DNA of 55,702 nucleotides from Candidatus Bipolaricaulia bacterium (lineage in GTDB: Bacteria > Bipolaricaulota > Bipolaricaulia > JBHIAT01). The position numbers and the translations under genes are program-made. Positions 44,201-52,127 of the stretch are shown piece after piece (the first letter of the stretch is position 1; each line of letters starts with the position of its first letter). Location: positions 1-55,702 of the forward strand of contig JBHIAT010000003.1 in assembly GCA_046758705.1 (NCBI GenBank). The letters run 5' to 3'. The notes beneath the pieces were generated by a model. The model saw only the letters and a list, made by a program, of their open reading frames with translations. It did not search any database and was not told the DNA's origin.

Positions 44201-44299
44201 ACACTCACCGGTGAGCTTCACGACGTGCTCGAACTGTACATGGAAATCCTCAAATGCAAACCTAAGCGAGATCGACAGGAAGAGAAGGAAAAATCATGA
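41225..44299 (+). CDS. cas10: Cas10/Cmr2-like large subunit with apparently degenerate HD and GGDD motifs
   Basis: 1024 aa. Palm1-like LRIAVDGLSYW, a Zn finger CSICALRP...CCVCMNR, Palm2 entry RVALIVGEFDLEDW, and PSFARIRRLW..FW (the SPSR-like helix). Where GGDD is expected the sequence is ILAEPRTFMALVPAD. The N-terminus has WLHLLGKF where HD-type Cas10s have LLHDIGKF. Confidence 0.8.
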   Translation: MSGELEKLKEYRDQILLTEVGVWLHLLGKFSSQFFKDQVAGKGKNYKEFYKNIDTSLKELYDNSWPEKHWHIPSLKGVQWSQSLAQFSKQHDNQQFAEGKSPVTIAVDAHGRGSGTDKSVQAKDIYLQQALPIYLATAFGHESVIDSDKLDGQRDELYELVRENLEQIKSKLESEEEINWRKTISKLIDRLCKDFASTVGDTRRPINDVSLWDQTSSTVAFFKPSLAKNILLGDWKNPLETKYKWRFLRIAVDGLSYWSAANRIGDLRARQDLVTQALDNIKGLLEITYPIGAEVYRDETGSLFLLPDEPENLLDLTTDGLSLEQHIQAKVIEATQGEITAKIDLDDCATRNVFRAGYWLSQPLPPVSADSAKLKEWWSQEHEEEHQLLCSICALRPQGYGGSNANETAMALERDMCCVCMNRMAGQAERWREAGLDRTIWIDEASDINGRVALIVGEFDLEDWLNGIYTSSMTIPDPGNLDGNETGNDFSQLLTELRQGLKNDDSLVDSDTFPIINTLLDPKVKGDLGSFKRLYEFLVEEEDLSEAGRELENSEKLALALVRKPPSFARIRRLWTTTQRFWEEVRDESISASVGRCSRLEFSANYSPVKDQFLQQHQAYELVMNGHRLPVFCKDRNSLRFLTIERLDYALKQLNWNDIQEMIAQLKRPDNSFELETPSEYGGKRREIGSLSHIQVTGQTEYQPHIPILAEPRTFMALVPADKALDIAQAIKTKYEREMGKVHNRLPLHLGAVFFPRKQPLRAVLEAGRRMLTIVQSDEMCVWKLSENAQVQDGNCILHFDNGVEWEISVQMGDEKTEDKWYPYFFIKEGGENAPEPKNRGLAFEGIRPIRHDKTESCWLVHVKKLCQGDQVYITSSLFDFEWLDTNARRFDVSYAEGKRRAPDKRNRPYLLDDLERFACLWKLIYKNLTTSQVKHLDGLIEAKRQEWGEGTGQQKYSETFEQFVCDALKTAGWKKNPKDWDSKEWEMLYRATLTGELHDVLELYMEILKCKPKRDRQEEKEKS

Positions 44300-45294
44300 A
44301 TTACAAACTGCAGCGTTTTTTGCTGATGACCTTAGACCCGGTGCACATCGGCACGGGCGGCTATCGACTCGGCAGAGTTGACAACTCGATCGTGCGCGAA
44401 CCGGGGACGAAATTGCCCAAGATCCCGGGCACGAGCTTGAACGGTGCGATTCGAGCCTATGCGGCTTATCGCTATGAAAGTCCTCAGTGTGCCGGACAGG
44501 GCTCAGAGAGTCAAAACACTGATTATGAAGGGCATTGCGGAGAGAAAGAATGCCCCATTTGCTATACCTTCGGTAGCCTCAAGACCAAGAACGAAAACGG
44601 CGATCAGCAGGCCTACGCTGGTGTGGTCAACTTCTTCGACGCGCACGTTCTATTCTTCCCGGTGCATTCGATGGCCGGGCCGGTGTGGGTGAGCACCTCT
44701 TCGCACCTCCGAGACTGGAACGTTCTCAGCGAAAATGATAATGAGGTCAATTTGGAAGATGGGCAATTTGTGACGAGTCTCGATTGGGACAAGCCTCTCA
44801 ACTTGGGTTGGCTCATGCTGGAGAAAGATCAAACCACTCCGATGCCCGACCTGAGCATCCCCTTCGACGATGAAAACAAGGAAAACGAAAGAACCTGGAA
44901 CGCTATCAAAGGCCGCCTCGTCCTCGTCACCGACAAGGTCTTTTCGCAGATCGTCAACTCCAACCTGGAGGTGCGCACCTCGGTGGCAATCGACCCCACC
45001 ACCGGCGCGGCACAAGAGGGCGCGTTGTTCACCTACGAAGCGATTCCGCGGGCGACGTGGCTGGTGACGGATGTCGTGGAGGATTGCTATCGGACAGATT
45101 CCTTCCCGAAAGACGCCAAGAGCAAGGTCCATCAACGGGAGCTTGGCTGGCAAACCCCACTTGATGTGGTGACGAGCGGTCTCAGACTGACCGAACATTT
45201 GGGCGTCGGCGGCATGGGCACGCGCGGTTTCGGGCGGGTCCGTTTGTTGACCGACTGGACGCTGAGTTCAACTAAGGGAGAGCAAGATGGCTGA
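44296..45294 (+). CDS. cmr4: type III RAMP protein Cmr4 (Cas7 backbone / target RNase)
   Basis: 332 aa. LDPVHIGTGGYRLGRVDNSIVRE...LPKIPGTSLNGAIR, CPICYTFGS, and the G-rich loop GVGGMGTRGFGRV. The Asp in GRVDN is at the position of the Cmr4 catalytic Asp. Confidence 0.85.
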   Translation: MNYKLQRFLLMTLDPVHIGTGGYRLGRVDNSIVREPGTKLPKIPGTSLNGAIRAYAAYRYESPQCAGQGSESQNTDYEGHCGEKECPICYTFGSLKTKNENGDQQAYAGVVNFFDAHVLFFPVHSMAGPVWVSTSSHLRDWNVLSENDNEVNLEDGQFVTSLDWDKPLNLGWLMLEKDQTTPMPDLSIPFDDENKENERTWNAIKGRLVLVTDKVFSQIVNSNLEVRTSVAIDPTTGAAQEGALFTYEAIPRATWLVTDVVEDCYRTDSFPKDAKSKVHQRELGWQTPLDVVTSGLRLTEHLGVGGMGTRGFGRVRLLTDWTLSSTKGEQDG

Positions 45295-45748
45295 CGTCAA
45301 GCTTCCCAATCTTGACCAACTGGCAGCGAAAACGGCACAAGCCATCGTCGAGCAGGCTATCGAAAAGCTGAAGAGCGTCTCCGGCAAAGATCGACCAAAT
45401 CCCGCAGATGCAGTGGACAACTTAGTCACCAAAGCGCTCGGAATCCTGCAAGAGAACGGCGTTTATGCCGGGATGCTCTTTCTCTTCTCCCGCACCAGCC
45501 AAAACGATCAAACGGTGAGCCAGGTGGTTCGAGATCAACTGTGTGAAGAATTGCAAGAGCTCCCTTTTCAATTGCAATGTCCCGAAGAAGGGGAAGCAAA
45601 GCCTGTGCTTGAGTTCTTTGCCAACCAAGTCTGCAATGACATGGACACGCTCTTTATGGTGAAGGAACTCTACGAACAAACGCTTATCTACACGCGCTAC
45701 GGAGCCAAAGCCGCTCAGGTTGACACCGAGGAGAAGTCAGACGAATGA
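45287..45748 (+). CDS. cmr5: type III small subunit Cmr5 (Cas11)
   Basis: 153 aa, helical. ..LVTKALGILQENGVYAGMLFLFSR.. resembles the Cmr5 ..P.mI..NGL...laFl..K motif. Positioned between cmr4 and the last RAMP gene. Confidence 0.65.
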   Translation: MADVKLPNLDQLAAKTAQAIVEQAIEKLKSVSGKDRPNPADAVDNLVTKALGILQENGVYAGMLFLFSRTSQNDQTVSQVVRDQLCEELQELPFQLQCPEEGEAKPVLEFFANQVCNDMDTLFMVKELYEQTLIYTRYGAKAAQVDTEEKSDE

Positions 45749-46608
45749 CCTGGACCGCCTATCGTGTCGTCTTACGTTTAAGAAGCCCGCTGCATATTGG
45801 GCATTTGAAGGTGGGTAACCTGCAACGCACGCGGCACTATGTCCCCGGCAAAACGCTGTGGGGAGCATTGACCGCTCGGCTGACACGCGAACAGGGGCGT
45901 ACGGATTACACAGGCAAAGGGAGCGTCGGCGAGCAGGTGCACAACGAGTTGGCCTTCAGCTACTTCTATCCCGCCATTGACATCGATAAGCCGCTCTATC
46001 CCAACTACACAGACGAAGGTTTGTGCTACGGTCCGGACGAGATCACATCCGACGAATTCGAATGGCGTCTTCTAAATTCGTATGCTGCGACCGCCCTGGC
46101 TGCGCAACGAGCCAGCGCCGAGGAGGGCAGCCTGCACGAGACCGAGTTCATCAGTCCCTACCTCAGAAGCGAGAACAACGAGGAGCCGAAACCCGTTTAC
46201 CTGGTGGGCTACGTCTTTGAGGGTGAGGATTGCAGCCTCGATTGGAAGAAAGCGCTCGATCGCCTCCAGCTGGGCGGGGAGCGCAAGTACGGCTGGGGAC
46301 GGGTTTGTCCAACGGGGCAACCGACCCCGGCAAACAAACTCTTCGGATATGAGCTTGATGAGTTGTCCGGTGAACGACCCGTTGTGACTGTTCAGAAAAA
46401 CGCTCCCCTGTTAGCTCATACAAACGCAAACGATGTCAAAGCGAGCGGCCAGATCGAGCCGTTGATTGGCCGCGAGACCAAGCGTGGATCGGAGTTTGGT
46501 CGCCAGCTCAGTGAAGAACCTCAAATCTGCTGGATTCCCGGATCACATGTTCACGAGCAGACGCGTTTGACCATCCGATGGGATGGGCTCTGGGTCGAGA
46601 CCGGTTAG
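45745..46608 (+). CDS. cmr3: RAMP protein, Cmr3-like (Cas5 group) by position
   Basis: 287 aa. LRLRSPLHIGHLKVGNLQRTRHYVPGKTLWGALTARL RAMP N-terminus and a C-terminal GGERKYGWGRV G-rich loop. The Cas5-group assignment rests on the cmr1-cmr6-cas10-cmr4-cmr5-cmr3 gene order. Confidence 0.55.
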   Translation: MTWTAYRVVLRLRSPLHIGHLKVGNLQRTRHYVPGKTLWGALTARLTREQGRTDYTGKGSVGEQVHNELAFSYFYPAIDIDKPLYPNYTDEGLCYGPDEITSDEFEWRLLNSYAATALAAQRASAEEGSLHETEFISPYLRSENNEEPKPVYLVGYVFEGEDCSLDWKKALDRLQLGGERKYGWGRVCPTGQPTPANKLFGYELDELSGERPVVTVQKNAPLLAHTNANDVKASGQIEPLIGRETKRGSEFGRQLSEEPQICWIPGSHVHEQTRLTIRWDGLWVETG

Positions 46609-46767
46609 TTTCGCAACTATGATATGTTGGTTTACGACGCCAACCAAGAGCAGACGGCGCTCACAGGCTTCGCACCGTATTTTTGATGAAACCTTTATAG
46701 ACTTTATAGAAAGAAGATGATGGGACAGTGAGAACCGTTCGAGAGAAGTCTGTGAGGTGTAATTAGA

Positions 46768-48165
46768 TTGGCAAACACAGGGGAAAGTAGACACGATCAA
46801 GTCGTCCGGGCGGTAGAGCAAGCCGTGCACCAAGTGGGCCGTGATATGCTGCAGGGAGCGGTATTAGAGGGTTGTCTGCGGTTATGGCGGGAGTTTGCCG
46901 AGCAAACTGACCTCAGCCGGACGCGTAAGACCGAGACTTGGGCGGCGGCTCTGGTCTATGCCTACGAGCGGATGCGACTGGGCGGGTTCTCACAAGAGGA
47001 TATCGCCACTGCCTTCGGGACCTCGCCGATCACCGTGAGCCAGAAGTATCGCCGAATTGCGGAGACTCTCAACCTCGTACTCTTGGACCCGCGCTATGTG
47101 CCCGAGGCGATGCGCGCCAAAATCCGGCGGGAGGAGGGGCCCTTCCCCAAAGACCTGCCACTGACAGAAGCCCCGATGGGCTGGTGGAGGTGGCAACCGC
47201 CTGAGGTGCGGTTTGAAACGCGAGAACGCGACCCGCTACGTCGCGCGCAGGATCTGGTTTATAAAGGCTGGGACGCGTGGGACGACCTCGAGACGACCGA
47301 ACGCTGCTTCCGCGAGGCGCTTCGGCTCGATCCCACCCTGGCCGACGCGCACAACGGGCTGGCGGAGGTGGCCATCGCGCGCGAGGACCTCTCTCAGGCC
47401 GAAGCGCATTATCGACGGGCTTATGAGCTGGCCCGCGAGGCGTTGGGAACCGAATCCCCGCGGGCGTACCACTGGTGGGGAGAGATCGAGACCCGGCCCT
47501 ATATGCGGGCCCGGGCAGGCCTCGCCGTGATCTATTGGATGACCGACCGATATGCCGAGGCGATCGCGGAATATGAAGCCCTCCTGAAGTTGAATCCGAA
47601 CGATAATCAGGGTGCGCGCTACCTGATCGGGCCTCTCCATCAACTGGCTGGAGATCTGAAAGCGGCCCTGCGTGCCTATCGGAGGTACGAGAAGGACTAC
47701 CCCGAGGACGTGGGCGATCCCCATTACACGTTCTGTTGGGGGCTGGTGCTATATGAAGCTGGACACCGCCGGGAAGCCGTGATCAAGTGGCGGGAGGCGC
47801 TGTTTCAGAACATCTACATCGCGCCGCTGTTGCTTGGAGAACGGCTTCCAGAGGAAGAGATCTGGACATTTACTGACCTGCAGTGGCCGGAATACGCTGA
47901 GGAGTATGTGGAACTCTACGGGATATTGTGGGATCGGGCGCCGGAGGCGCTCGCCTGTCTGCGTCGGCTGTGGGCTGATCCGGAGGTGCAGGCGGACGTC
48001 GAGCACTGGGTGACGTTGGGACAAGAATTGGAGGCGTCATCGGGGTCGGTGCGGCACGATGGGGAGCAGGCGAGAAAGAAACGGCGGCAGCTCCGCGAAG
48101 AGCAGCGCGCCGTTGAGGGACGCGCACCCAGTCGTACGGCATTGAGGCGGGTCTTGGGAACGTGA
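46768..48165 (+). CDS. TPR-repeat protein with N-terminal TFIIB/cyclin-like HTH segment
   Basis: 465 aa, TTG start. The N-terminal ..TETWAAALVYAYERMRLGGFSQEDIATAFGTSPITVSQKYRRIAETLNL resembles a TFIIB cyclin-repeat/HTH pattern. The middle carries TPR-like repeats (ADAHNGLAEVAIAREDLSQAEAHYRRAYEL, YAEAIAEYEALLKLNPND). Confidence 0.6.
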   Translation: MANTGESRHDQVVRAVEQAVHQVGRDMLQGAVLEGCLRLWREFAEQTDLSRTRKTETWAAALVYAYERMRLGGFSQEDIATAFGTSPITVSQKYRRIAETLNLVLLDPRYVPEAMRAKIRREEGPFPKDLPLTEAPMGWWRWQPPEVRFETRERDPLRRAQDLVYKGWDAWDDLETTERCFREALRLDPTLADAHNGLAEVAIAREDLSQAEAHYRRAYELAREALGTESPRAYHWWGEIETRPYMRARAGLAVIYWMTDRYAEAIAEYEALLKLNPNDNQGARYLIGPLHQLAGDLKAALRAYRRYEKDYPEDVGDPHYTFCWGLVLYEAGHRREAVIKWREALFQNIYIAPLLLGERLPEEEIWTFTDLQWPEYAEEYVELYGILWDRAPEALACLRRLWADPEVQADVEHWVTLGQELEASSGSVRHDGEQARKKRRQLREEQRAVEGRAPSRTALRRVLGT

Positions 48166-48173
48166 TATGAAGA

Positions 48174-48830
48174 GTGAAAGCAATGGCCAAGCCGAGGCGC
48201 AATGACCCGTGTCCCTGCGGCATCGGGAAGAAGTACAAGCACTGCTGCCTGGCCAAGGACGAGCAGGCACGGCGTGCGGAAGCAGAAGAGGACGTGCACC
48301 TACAAGAGCTCTCCCTGGAATTGGAGGGGTTGAGCGCCGAGGATCTGATGTATGAGGGCTGGGAGGCGCTGCGGCACGATCCGGATCTGGCGGACGCGTA
48401 TAACGGCCTGGGCGAGGTTGCGCTGGCGCGCCGCGACATCAGGAAGGCGGAAACGCATTATCGGACGGCGTTGGAGAAGGCGAGGGCCGCTCTGGGAACC
48501 GAGGACCCGCAGGCCTTCGATTGGTGAGGCGAGCGCGAAACGCGACCCTACATGCAGGCACGCGAAAGCCTGGGCTGGATCTATGAGACGACGGGCCGCT
48601 ACCGAGAGGCGATCGACGAATACCGCGCGCTGTTGGAGCGCAATCCCGGCGACAATCAGGGGGTTCGTTACCTGATCGCGCCGCTTTATCTGCTCGACGG
48701 CGATGCCGAGGGATCTGAAGTGGAATGGGATCGGTTGCACTCGGAGCGGCAAGCGATCGTGGAACACCCGCCCGGCCGCGAGCTGCTCGCCCAGGTCTTT
48801 GAGGGAAGCGTGAGGAGACTGAGGTTGTAG
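48174..48830 (+). pseudogene. SEC-C motif + TPR paralogue of the upstream gene, interrupted by an in-frame TGA
   Basis: N-terminal [20 protein letters not shown] (SEC-C metal-binding motif). The TPR part aligns with 46768..48165 ([30 protein letters not shown]). The TGA at 48525-48527 sits where the paralogue has W (HWWGEIETRPYM vs FDW*GERETRPYM), and the same frame continues to 48830. Confidence 0.6.
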
Positions 48831-48833
48831 GGG

Positions 48834-49655
48834 ATGGCCAGATCCGGATCTCTTGAGTCGATCACCGAGCGGAAGATTCGAAACCGCTGCACCGAGCAGT
48901 CCTTCGAGCGGGGTCAACGCTACTATGCGCAGGGTCGGGTACGCCGACGTCTGCGAACCTCGCGAGGGTTAAAGGCCACGGTGAAAGGCACGCGAAGCTA
49001 TCAGGTGCACGTCCGTCAAAAAAGAGACCAACTGACGGCGTTTTGCACCTGCCCGTACGCCAATCAATGGGAAGGTGACTGCAAGCACATCGTGGCCACG
49101 TTTCTCGCATGGTTGAAGCAGCCCGACAGCTTTCGCAGCCAAGATGACCTGCGTACTCAACTGAACAAGCTCACCAAAGCGCGGTTGATCGATCGACTGA
49201 TAGAGATCTGCGAGACTTATCCCCAGGTGGCCGAAGCGCTCAAGCGCGGGGAGACGTTCGACCCCCAGGAGGCAGTGGACGCTGCGTTATCTTCATTGGA
49301 TCCGCCCCACAGTTGGGATGAGGAAGGGGCGGTCGCCGGATTGGAGTTGCTGGCCCGCCGTGCGGAAGGCTTGCTGGACGACGGCGATCACGAGCGCGCA
49401 CGCCAGATCTATCACGCACTTATCGTGGGATGTTTACGAATCGACGAAGAGTATGGTTCTACAGAGATCTTTCCGGTAGGCCTGGTCTCCAGTTATGCTG
49501 AAGGGTACGAAGAAGCGGCGCGCTCCGATCCAAAGTTGGAAGAACGTGCCCTGGAGATTATGAAAGAAATCGACCGGATTGAACGTTTTGATTTTTTGGT
49601 GGAGCAGGAAGGTGTATATCTGGAGGGATTGAAGGAGGAGTTGGAGGAGGTGTGA
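48834..49655 (+). CDS. SWIM zinc-finger protein
   Basis: 273 aa. CTCPYANQWEGDCKHIVATFLAW matches the SWIM CxCx(n)CxH signature. Helical acidic C-terminal part. Confidence 0.7.
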   Translation: MARSGSLESITERKIRNRCTEQSFERGQRYYAQGRVRRRLRTSRGLKATVKGTRSYQVHVRQKRDQLTAFCTCPYANQWEGDCKHIVATFLAWLKQPDSFRSQDDLRTQLNKLTKARLIDRLIEICETYPQVAEALKRGETFDPQEAVDAALSSLDPPHSWDEEGAVAGLELLARRAEGLLDDGDHERARQIYHALIVGCLRIDEEYGSTEIFPVGLVSSYAEGYEEAARSDPKLEERALEIMKEIDRIERFDFLVEQEGVYLEGLKEELEEV

Positions 49656-49659
49656 TAGT

Positions 49660-51036
49660 TTGGCCTTAGAACAAGCAGTTTGGCATCCTACAGGTAATCC
49701 CTTTGTAGACATGGGTCAAGAGATGATGGCGGCGATGGCAAGAGTTGGTCATCCAGAGGAGTTGGATCATAAGATCATAGAGCCTTTGCTGTCACGATTG
49801 TCAACGATTTACTTCCAACCCGCCTGGAAGAAACCGATGTACTCCATTTTTCCTAATTCTCCGCTCACCAATCCTGCTACCAAAAACCGCGAGAAAACCT
49901 ATCTAAAACTGTTACAAGACTGGCTCAATCTAGCTGCAAATCCACAGGGTGAAGTCATCGAAGCAACGGCTTGTTCAGCCTGTGCCAAGCCCGCTCAAGT
50001 TCAGCTGAGCCGAACGCTCTTCCCGATGACGGACGCCGAGAGTGGTAACTTTCAGTCGTACAACTCAGCGGGAATCCCTTTTTGTGGGGCTTGCGCCTTG
50101 ACCATACAGTTCATGCCATTAGGTGTTGCAAAAGTCGGAGGTAAGTTTGCCCTGCCTCATTTTAGTGATTCACTGGCTCAGTACAACTGGAGCAAGTGGT
50201 GTTGGAGACAGGCTCTTATGTCTGAAACTATCGAAGCTACAGGTCCTTTAGAGGCAGGGACAGCCCGTTCTGTAAATGCGTTCTTCGCTCTCATTGAGCG
50301 ACTATTACAAGAAGCCACAGACCGCGAGATGCCTGATAGCAGTATCACGCTCTATCTATTCACCAATTACAATCAGGGTCCTGAAGTGGAGTTGCACTAT
50401 TTGCCAACCGAGGTTTTCCGGTTCATCAAACAGGCCATGGCTCCCACCCTTCGCAACGCTTGGCGCCAGGTAGTCCGCAGAGGATACGTGTATAGATCAC
50501 AAAAGATCGATCCTGAATCGTTGGATGAAACTGAACAGCTGAAAAAGAGGAACAATCAAGTCTATGAAGCTTTGCTGAACGAACGATCGATCAGCGGGTA
50601 TTTCGTTGATCAACGCCATCGATGTCCGGTAGGTAATTGGTTGTTATTCCAGGCTTATCTCAAGGAGGTACGAGGCATGGATGCACAACGACTGGAGTCC
50701 TTACGAGATTTGGGCGACCGCATTGCAGAGATTGTCAGGAACAAGCGAAAGCGGCTGCTTGCTTTGGAGAGAGCAAATCAAAAAGGAGCGTTCGTCGAAC
50801 AGCTCTATCGCTTAACCAAGGATGCCGCAGCCACCGGGCAGGAGAGACCGCTGATCACATTTGAAGAGTTGATTCAAGACATCTTCCCTCACGATCCCGA
50901 AAAGTATGAAAGCTGGCGTGAGGTGAAATACCTGCTGCTCTTTCGCGTATATGAGGTCCTGTTCGACGAATTGAAGGACGACGCCGACTGGAAAACCAAC
51001 GACGAAATAGAGGAAACAGAGGAGGTAGCAGCATGA
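49660..51036 (+). CDS. cst1: type I-B large subunit, Cst1 (CXXC_CXXC, Cas8-like)
   Basis: 458 aa, TTG start. Two CxxC motifs (CSACAK, CGACAL). Sits immediately upstream of cst2/devR-type cas7, cas5 and cas3, with a stop/start overlap with cas7. Confidence 0.65.
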   Translation: MALEQAVWHPTGNPFVDMGQEMMAAMARVGHPEELDHKIIEPLLSRLSTIYFQPAWKKPMYSIFPNSPLTNPATKNREKTYLKLLQDWLNLAANPQGEVIEATACSACAKPAQVQLSRTLFPMTDAESGNFQSYNSAGIPFCGACALTIQFMPLGVAKVGGKFALPHFSDSLAQYNWSKWCWRQALMSETIEATGPLEAGTARSVNAFFALIERLLQEATDREMPDSSITLYLFTNYNQGPEVELHYLPTEVFRFIKQAMAPTLRNAWRQVVRRGYVYRSQKIDPESLDETEQLKKRNNQVYEALLNERSISGYFVDQRHRCPVGNWLLFQAYLKEVRGMDAQRLESLRDLGDRIAEIVRNKRKRLLALERANQKGAFVEQLYRLTKDAAATGQERPLITFEELIQDIFPHDPEKYESWREVKYLLLFRVYEVLFDELKDDADWKTNDEIEETEEVAA

Positions 51037-52127
51037 ATAGCCAGTCGCAGATCCACATCATGACAAATGGACTCGTGTTGATCGATGCTCCCCATTCGGC
51101 GCTCAATATGCTAGGGCAAGCCGAAGGGGCGGCTGCGGAAAACCTAGTCGTTGTTAAAGTTATACAGCGTGATGGGAAGACCTTTCCCTATGTTTCCGCA
51201 CAGGCTTGGCGTTACTGGTGGCGAAACCTTCTGGTGGCTGAGCGACGGTGGGAACTCTCTCCTGTGGATCGAGAGAAAAAGATCGCGTTTACTCAAGCGC
51301 AACCTTGGCAGTATCCCGATGACGATGTCTTCGGCTACATGCGGGCTCAAGCCGAAATGATCCCTGTCCTTGACAAAGAGGGCAACCCTGAGAAAGACGA
51401 AACGGGACAACCCAGACTCAAGAAGGGCAAAAACATCACTTTGACCCGTGTAAGTCCATTGAAGTGCAGCCCCTTGGTCTCGGTCAGTTCACAACGACCA
51501 ATCCGAGACTTTGGCGTGATGAGTCGTCAAGAAGGAGATCCCGTTCCCCACGAACATCAGTTCTACTCAACGGTGCTCAAGGGCATCTTCTCTCTGGATC
51601 TGACGACCTTAGGTCGGTTTGAAAAATCGTCAAAAACCGGATTCCAGAACATCAGCGAAGCCGGATTGAAATTGGCAGAGGTAGCTGGCGCTACAGTAAA
51701 CGAATCCTTGGCCGAAATGCCCTTGGAGGTTAGAACCAAACGCGCTGTCGATACGATTTCGGCGCTTCCTTATCTGTCAGGGGGAGCCAATCAAACCCTG
51801 CACCTGACAGATGTTGCTCCCAAGCTTATCCTTCTCACCGTTCTGCGAGGAGGGAATCACCTCTTTATGAACGTGGTTCAAGAGGACCGGGGACAAGCAA
51901 GAATCAACACTGAGGCACTCGAAGAGGTCTTAAGTGTGTTCAAAGATCGTTTGCTCTCTCCCGTTTTTATTGGTCGAAGAGCAGGCTTCCTCGATGAACA
52001 GGGTGAGGCATTGAACAACTTGCCCAGCAATGGAAGCAGGAATCTGCCCGAGATCCACGTTGGCGAATTGAACTCGATTGTGGAGCAATTCTGCAAAACT
52101 CTCCCGAACGCGATAGAACAGACATGA
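51033..52127 (+). CDS. cas7: type I-B Cas7 (Cst2/DevR family)
   Basis: 364 aa. N-terminal ..VLIDAPHSALNMLGQ.. (the DevR-type ..sLN..G motif), ISAQAWRYWWR, and the overall DevR-like pattern. Confidence 0.8.
   Translation: MNSQSQIHIMTNGLVLIDAPHSALNMLGQAEGAAAENLVVVKVIQRDGKTFPYVSAQAWRYWWRNLLVAERRWELSPVDREKKIAFTQAQPWQYPDDDVFGYMRAQAEMIPVLDKEGNPEKDETGQPRLKKGKNITLTRVSPLKCSPLVSVSSQRPIRDFGVMSRQEGDPVPHEHQFYSTVLKGIFSLDLTTLGRFEKSSKTGFQNISEAGLKLAEVAGATVNESLAEMPLEVRTKRAVDTISALPYLSGGANQTLHLTDVAPKLILLTVLRGGNHLFMNVVQEDRGQARINTEALEEVLSVFKDRLLSPVFIGRRAGFLDEQGEALNNLPSNGSRNLPEIHVGELNSIVEQFCKTLPNAIEQT

Noticed and set aside
48525-48527. TGA reassignment (code 4 Trp or selenocysteine) as an explanation for the in-frame stop
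   Set aside because: TGA is used as a genuine stop throughout the window, including the many ATGA/GTGA coupled junctions of the cmr operon. No SECIS-like hairpin is evident downstream. Pseudogene or leaky readthrough is more parsimonious.
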